Positions 58,907 through 64,000 of a stretch of 64,000 bases of DNA are shown here, in pieces (within the stretch, counting starts at the first letter, position 1; each line of letters begins with the position of its first letter). The DNA lies in NCBI GenBank assembly GCA_018302705.1, contig JAGVZI010000012.1, positions 332 to 64,331 of the forward strand, in the 5' to 3' direction. Below the pieces are notes generated by a model, which ran no database searches, was not told the origin of the DNA, and saw only the letters and a program-made list of their open reading frames with translations. This DNA comes from Candidatus Woesearchaeota archaeon (GTDB lineage Archaea > Nanobdellota > Nanobdellia > SCGC-AAA011-G17 > ARS1403). The position numbers and the translations under genes were made by a program.

Positions 58907-59545
58907 ATGGCAGAAAAAAACAAATGGGGTGAATTCTTTCAGAAAAAAGGATTTCTATCTTTATTTATAATATATTTAGACAGGATTTATTTTTCAAAGA
59001 GGGTTAAAAATTTTTTGGTTAAAAATTTAAAAGAAGGAGACTCTATATTAGAGCCAGGATGCGGCTCGGGGTATGTATCAATACAATTTGCTAAAGAGGG
59101 ATATAATGTCACATTTCTAGACAATTCAGATATTGCATTAAAATTAGTTAAAGAACAATACCCAAAAGCAAATACAATTAAAGCCGATATAAATAAAATG
59201 CCGTTTAGGAGCAGTACTTTTGATCTGACATGGAACTATGGAGTAATTGAACATTTTGATAATCCGGAGAAAGTTGTGAAAGAAATGATAAGGGTGACAA
59301 AAGAGCAAGGAAAACTAATCTTAGTAGTCCCGGCATATATGTCACTGATGCATTTTTTGTATAAAATACTAAATGCTTTTAATCTTTGGACAATAGATAA
59401 ACAAATATTTTTCAAGAAGAGCGAGCTCAAATCTTTATTAAAAAAAGCCGATTTAGATAAGATAGAGATTTCAAGGCCTATACTATCGCTAGGATTATCC
59501 TTATTTGCTTCAGCAACTAAAAAGCAGCAAGAAAGTCCAAAATAA
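58907..59545 (+). CDS. Class I SAM-dependent methyltransferase
   Basis: ILEPGCGSGYVSIQFAKEGYNVTFLDNS. Confidence 0.7.
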   Translation: MAEKNKWGEFFQKKGFLSLFIIYLDRIYFSKRVKNFLVKNLKEGDSILEPGCGSGYVSIQFAKEGYNVTFLDNSDIALKLVKEQYPKANTIKADINKMPFRSSTFDLTWNYGVIEHFDNPEKVVKEMIRVTKEQGKLILVVPAYMSLMHFLYKILNAFNLWTIDKQIFFKKSELKSLLKKADLDKIEISRPILSLGLSLFASATKKQQESPK

Positions 59546-60737
59546 ATATCATTGATATACCAATTACTATCAATGGGATCATTCTTTTTTTGATTTGTGA
59601 AAATACAAGCCCGGAACTAATTGCAATAATTGGGTCTAAAGGGATAAAATATCTTCCGGCGCTTTGTGTTCCAAAGCAAACACCATTTTTGATTAGATAA
59701 ACTGGATCACACCCTAACAAAACTGTCAAGCCAAATTGAACTAGAGGAACTAATAACAAGAAATTTAGATTTATTTTATCTGAGTTATTATAGAATTTTT
59801 TAATACCAACTAGAGTAGTTATAATAAGTGTTATACTGGCTAGTCCTACAAGGAAAAATATTTTCTCCTCTCCACCATACACTCCACCCCAAAATCCTCT
59901 TGCTAGATGAGCTAATCCGGAAAATAATTCTCTTTCCTTAAAATAGCTAGTGATATCTCCAAAAGGACTGTCAAATAGGATTTTGTTTCTGATTAGAACA
60001 CCACCCCCAATTACTATTGCAGTTAGAAGAGAATATGAAAGTAATTTTGCTTCATTATATTTTCTATTGAAATATTTAAAAATGATGTAAATTGCTAAAG
60101 CTATAAAGATTGCAATGGCAGATAATCTTGACAATAAGCCTAGGCCTGCAAAAACTCCAAATATTATCGCATTTTTCTTATTTTTATTAACTGCGAATCT
60201 GATAAAAAAGTAAAATATTAGAGAATAAACAAAATAATACATGATATCATTATGAATAAAGCCGCTATGGTACAAGTGAACTGGTAAGAAAGCAAAAATA
60301 ATCAAGGAATAGGTAACAAAACTCTTTTCATTTTCAAAATAGTTAGAGATCTTTTTTAAGGACAGGAAGAAGAATATATTAGCACAAATCATTAAGACAA
60401 CAGAAAGAAATTCAAGCAACAATAATCCCTTACCCGGTGAAAGATTGTAGACAAATCCCCCGAGAAAATAATACAAAGGACTATGGAACATACTTCTAAT
60501 ATTTTCTTTTGATAGATCTCCGTTTATACCCGCATCAGAATTAGTCTGAACTTCTCTAGGCAGATTCCAGGTATTAGCAACATATTTGATTGTATTAAAA
60601 TGCCAATAAAGATCAGAAGAAAGCTTTATTTCTTTTTCAATTGTATTCCCCTCTTTATAAGAATTTATAACTGGATAGGAATATATCGAAAGACTTATTA
60701 ATAATATTAAGATAAACCTCTTGTAATCATCTTCCAT
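59517..60737 (-). CDS. GT-C-fold-like polytopic membrane protein (PMT/ArnT-like)
   Basis: About 11 TM helices, HSPLYYFLGG loop motif resembling the one at 43219. Confidence 0.45.
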   Translation of the reverse strand: MEDDYKRFILILLISLSIYSYPVINSYKEGNTIEKEIKLSSDLYWHFNTIKYVANTWNLPREVQTNSDAGINGDLSKENIRSMFHSPLYYFLGGFVYNLSPGKGLLLLEFLSVVLMICANIFFFLSLKKISNYFENEKSFVTYSLIIFAFLPVHLYHSGFIHNDIMYYFVYSLIFYFFIRFAVNKNKKNAIIFGVFAGLGLLSRLSAIAIFIALAIYIIFKYFNRKYNEAKLLSYSLLTAIVIGGGVLIRNKILFDSPFGDITSYFKERELFSGLAHLARGFWGGVYGGEEKIFFLVGLASITLIITTLVGIKKFYNNSDKINLNFLLLVPLVQFGLTVLLGCDPVYLIKNGVCFGTQSAGRYFIPLDPIIAISSGLVFSQIKKRMIPLIVIGISMIFILDFLAAF

Positions 60738-60788
60738 AACTAGTCGGTCATAGAATAATTAATAAAATTATCCAATTAAAATAGTAAA

Positions 60789-62207
60789 ATGCCTCCAAAA
60801 CAAAAAAAAGTATTGCTTGCTATAACCTGGGATTATTATGGCGCTTATAAGACCAAGCTAGCGGTGGCTGTTCCTAAAATACCTAATTTAGCATTGGCAA
60901 CAATTGCAGCACCTTTGATGGAAAAAGGTTTTATTGTAAAGATATTTGACCCGAATATAATTGAGATAGATCCAAAAATAGCTTTCTTAAAGATGCTTAA
61001 TGACTTTCATCCAGACTATGTAGCGATTTCATTCCCCTCAGCATTATATTCAAAAGCAAAAGAGGCATTTAACATAGTTAAGGACTTTGATAAAAATATA
61101 ACTACTGTTGGTGGAGGTCCGCATACTTCTGTAGAGCCCAAGAAAACATTGGAAGATATGAAAAACATGGATGTTGCAATTGTGGGAGAAGGGGATTATA
61201 CATTATTAGAAATGGCTCAGGGCAAAAATCTTAAAAATGTTAAGGGTATAGCTTATAGAAAAGGTAAGAGAACCTTTACCAACCCAACAAGGAATTTGAT
61301 AGAGGATATAAATATGCTTCCATTTCCCCGCTGGGATTTATATGATTTATCAAAGTATCACAGCCCAAGAATAAGCTCTAAAAAGTCTCCGATAGGTTCT
61401 GTAGAAACCAGCAGGGGTTGTGCATGGGGTTGCACTTATTGTAATAAAGGAGTTTTTTTCAAGAAATGGAGAGTTAAAACACCAAAAAGAGTAGTCGATG
61501 AAATGGAATATATGTTGGATATAGGCTTCAAGGAAATAAGGATTGAAGATGATATGTTTACCACGGATAAAAAAAGAGCAAAGCAGATTTGTGATGAAAT
61601 AATAAATAGGGGGTTGAAATTTCCTTGGAATTGTGGTAATGGTATAAGGGCAGATTCTGTTGATTTGGAGTTGCTGAAAAAGATGAAGCAGGCTGGTTGT
61701 TACAGCATTAGTATTGGTGTTGAATCAGGCGATCAAAAAATTCTAGATAATATAGACAAAGGAACAACAGTAGAAAAAATAAGAACTGCTTTCTCATTAG
61801 CTAAGCAGGCAAAAATAAATACCGTAGCATTTTTTATGATTGGTTTACCTGGGCAAGATGAAGAGTCAATAAACACTTCAATAAAACTTGCAAATGAAAT
61901 AAAACCAGATGCATTGAAAGTAGGAATCACAGTTCCACTTCCAGGAACTACATTATACAATCAGGTAAGGGCAGATGGAAGAATACTGAATGAAGACTGG
62001 GATAATTATAATTACAATGATGTAACCTCAACTTATCGGCATGACACCATGGATTGGCCCATAATAAATAAATATTTAAAAATTTTTTACAGAAAAACAC
62101 TTCTAAAACCTTGGTTTATATGGAATAGAATAAGAAAAGGAATCCTCTCTGGAGATTTATTTTATGATGCATACTATTTTCTAAAAACCATTAGATATGG
62201 TTGGTAA
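60789..62207 (+). CDS. B12-binding radical SAM protein
   Basis: N-terminal B12 module; TSRGCAWGCTYCN. Confidence 0.8.
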   Translation: MPPKQKKVLLAITWDYYGAYKTKLAVAVPKIPNLALATIAAPLMEKGFIVKIFDPNIIEIDPKIAFLKMLNDFHPDYVAISFPSALYSKAKEAFNIVKDFDKNITTVGGGPHTSVEPKKTLEDMKNMDVAIVGEGDYTLLEMAQGKNLKNVKGIAYRKGKRTFTNPTRNLIEDINMLPFPRWDLYDLSKYHSPRISSKKSPIGSVETSRGCAWGCTYCNKGVFFKKWRVKTPKRVVDEMEYMLDIGFKEIRIEDDMFTTDKKRAKQICDEIINRGLKFPWNCGNGIRADSVDLELLKKMKQAGCYSISIGVESGDQKILDNIDKGTTVEKIRTAFSLAKQAKINTVAFFMIGLPGQDEESINTSIKLANEIKPDALKVGITVPLPGTTLYNQVRADGRILNEDWDNYNYNDVTSTYRHDTMDWPIINKYLKIFYRKTLLKPWFIWNRIRKGILSGDLFYDAYYFLKTIRYGW

Positions 62208-62256
62208 TTCTTCTATCTGATGTTATAGATCAAGTTCCATTCTTTATCTCTGAAAA

Positions 62257-63324
62257 TCATTTAATAGGAAGATAAACCTCTTGATGTAGCGCACTTGATT
62301 TGTAAATCGCTTCAGCTAATTCTAAACTCTTTCTTCCTTCAAAGCCATCAACTAAATGTCCCAGGTCAACTACACTTGCTTGATAACTATCATTTTCTAA
62401 AATACAGGATTTTACTCTTTGATAGAATTGCCTATGTGCAAAATTTGGAATCGATGCAGGATTTGTTAATCTGCTACTATATGCTCCATCTTCATTCGTA
62501 TAATCTCTGAATTCCCATAACTCTGTTTTATCAGCTGCCAATCCCCCAATTTTAACAGAACCATTTTTGCCATATATCGCAATAGCTCCTTCTAAATTTC
62601 TCGGATATGTGCAAATTGTAGCATCTATTGAGCCTAATGCCCCACTTTCAAATTCTACCGTAGCAACACCTGTATCATCAGTTTCAATGCCAGGATGACC
62701 TAAATTATTCACAATAGAATACACTCTTTTTATTGGTCCTCCAAACCACCGAAGTAAATCAAGATGGTGTATTGCCTGGTTTAGAAAAATCCCTCCATCC
62801 ATATTCTTAGTTCCTCTCCAAGAACCAGAACTAAAATATTCTTGGTCTCTAGTCCATTTCAAGACAACACTTAATTGATATATCTCTCCAAAGCGCCCTC
62901 TGTCTAATGCCTTTCTTGTCTCTATAACGGGAAGATGATGCCTGTATTGTTTCACAACAAATAACCTTGTACTGTTCTTGTCACAAGCTTCAATCATATC
63001 ATCTGCATCTGCTAAATTAAGGGCCATTGGTTTTTCTACAATCACATCTTTTCCAGCGTCGGCTGCTTCAATTGTCATTTCAGGATGTAATCCCGAGGGG
63101 GTGCATATAATAACAACGTCAATATTTTCATTTCTCAACATATCTTGATAGTTCCCATAGCCTATAGAAGGATTATATTTATTGACAACTTCTCCAAGTC
63201 TTTTTTCATTAACATCGCACACAGCTACAAGCTTGGATTCAGGTAGTTGTTCAATTGCATCCAAATGCTTTGAAGATATTCTTGCACATCCAGCTAAAGC
63301 AAAATTAAGATAATTTTTCATCAT
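62257..63324 (-). CDS. Gfo/Idh/MocA-family NAD(P)-dependent oxidoreductase (sugar dehydrogenase-like)
   Basis: N-terminal Rossmann KLVAVCDVNEKRL; EKPMALNLADADDM consensus. Confidence 0.75.
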   Translation of the reverse strand: MMKNYLNFALAGCARISSKHLDAIEQLPESKLVAVCDVNEKRLGEVVNKYNPSIGYGNYQDMLRNENIDVVIICTPSGLHPEMTIEAADAGKDVIVEKPMALNLADADDMIEACDKNSTRLFVVKQYRHHLPVIETRKALDRGRFGEIYQLSVVLKWTRDQEYFSSGSWRGTKNMDGGIFLNQAIHHLDLLRWFGGPIKRVYSIVNNLGHPGIETDDTGVATVEFESGALGSIDATICTYPRNLEGAIAIYGKNGSVKIGGLAADKTELWEFRDYTNEDGAYSSRLTNPASIPNFAHRQFYQRVKSCILENDSYQASVVDLGHLVDGFEGRKSLELAEAIYKSSALHQEVYLPIK

Positions 63325-63394
63325 CTAGATTTTTAAAGAATGCTTAATAAATTTTATTATTATAAGAGATATATAATCTAGCTCAACAATATAA

Positions 63395-64000
63395 ATAATT
63401 CGGTTGGCGGTGATTCCTCATCTTTAGCGTGATGCTTCATCTTGAGGTGAGCCGCCAACAGGAAAAATAAAGGATTATTAACAAAGGCTCTTTCTTTTTT
63501 ACGTCGGTAATCTGACGTAAATGTATAAGGCCTCATACAGCCAAAAAAACTGTACGAGGTGAAGTAGGCATGAATACTGAGAAGTATCAAGAGTTAAAAA
63601 GCCTTTCGCATAGCAAAGGCCAAAATTGGTACCATGTAATTTTGGTACCAAGAGCAAGATGCCCGGTGTTTCGATTTGAGCCAACCAAAAGGTTGTGTGA
63701 AGAAGCACTTGTAACAATATGCAAAAGACACAAAGTAGAACTTTTTGCATACCAAGTAATGCCAGATCATGTGCACATCTTTCTTTCTTGTCCACCAAGA
63801 AAGCCCATTCTGAAAGTTTGTGCAATGATTAAGGGAGGAACATCTTACTACATAAGATCTAAGATGCCTTCCTTGAGAAGATACCCAAGACTTTGGAGCA
63901 AGGGCATCTTCTACAGAAGTGTAGGCAATGTAAGTGCAGAGTCAATAAGGAACTACATTGAAAACAGTAAAGGAAATGATTGGCATCAAACCAGGAATAT
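63395..64000 (+). mobile_element. IS200/IS605-family element, left-end hairpins plus tnpA, truncated by the window edge
   Basis: Nested palindromes at 63403-63470 and hairpin ACGTC...GACGT at 63502-63520 upstream of a Y1 HUH transposase gene. Confidence 0.55.
63570..64000 (+). CDS. tnpA: IS200/IS605 transposase TnpA (Y1/HUH), 3' end beyond the window (not in the ORF track because it has no stop)
   Basis: MPDHVHIFLSCPP (HuH), IKGGTSYYIRSK, RLWSKGIFYRSVGNVSAESIRNYIENS; SD GAGGTGA at 63556-63562. Confidence 0.8.
   Translation, partial: MNTEKYQELKSLSHSKGQNWYHVILVPRARCPVFRFEPTKRLCEEALVTICKRHKVELFAYQVMPDHVHIFLSCPPRKPILKVCAMIKGGTSYYIRSKMPSLRRYPRLWSKGIFYRSVGNVSAESIRNYIENSKGNDWHQTRN

Noticed and set aside
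63378-63825. Three minus-strand ORFs at the 3' end of the window
   Set aside because: The plus strand encodes an unmistakable IS200/IS605 TnpA (HUH motif) in this interval; the minus ORFs are artefacts.
1-64000. CRISPR arrays or other long tandem repeats
   Set aside because: No regularly spaced direct repeats seen. The only tandem repeat found is the 33-bp duplication in the Fic gene, plus the dispersed ~190-bp GT-A repeat.

Overview
The window is low-GC (about 30%) archaeal DNA with short, tightly packed genes. Housekeeping markers include SRP54, FtsY, ribosomal proteins S15 and S3Ae, the KEOPS kinase Bud32, QueC, a RecJ/GAN-like DHH phosphoesterase, and three tRNAs. The lineage cannot be assigned from sequence alone; the small genes and an apparently truncated aIF5A suggest a reduced genome, possibly DPANN-like.

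Almost the whole 64 kb is a cell-surface glycosylation island. It contains:
- a Methanococcales-type S-layer protein (32697-34955) and a large sequon-rich surface glycoprotein with a C-terminal TM anchor (36464-38908);
- an apparently ADP-heptose biosynthesis module with unusual domain fusions (14393-17651), plus three to four GT9 heptosyltransferase-like genes and two NUDIX hydrolases;
- a tandem array of six small GT-A-fold paralogs, two of them decayed, with a near-identical repeat of about 190 bp;
- GT2, GT4 and GT-C enzymes and a flippase-like protein;
- five B12-binding radical SAM paralogs, plus one standalone B12-domain fragment, a SPASM radical SAM protein and two SAM methyltransferases;
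- a CotH-kinase/VTC/DUF4956 trio.

Other notable features:
- two tRNAs (Gln and Thr) that appear to carry introns in the D-loop, a non-canonical position;
- an MTAP-APRT fusion;
- a degenerate Fic protein with a 33-bp in-frame tandem duplication;
- a VapBC-like toxin-antitoxin pair;
- two single-base frameshifted genes (a B12-rSAM and a GT9);
- an IS200/IS605 tnpA running off the 3' end of the window.

All calls are from reading the sequence and the ORF translations; no database search was run.
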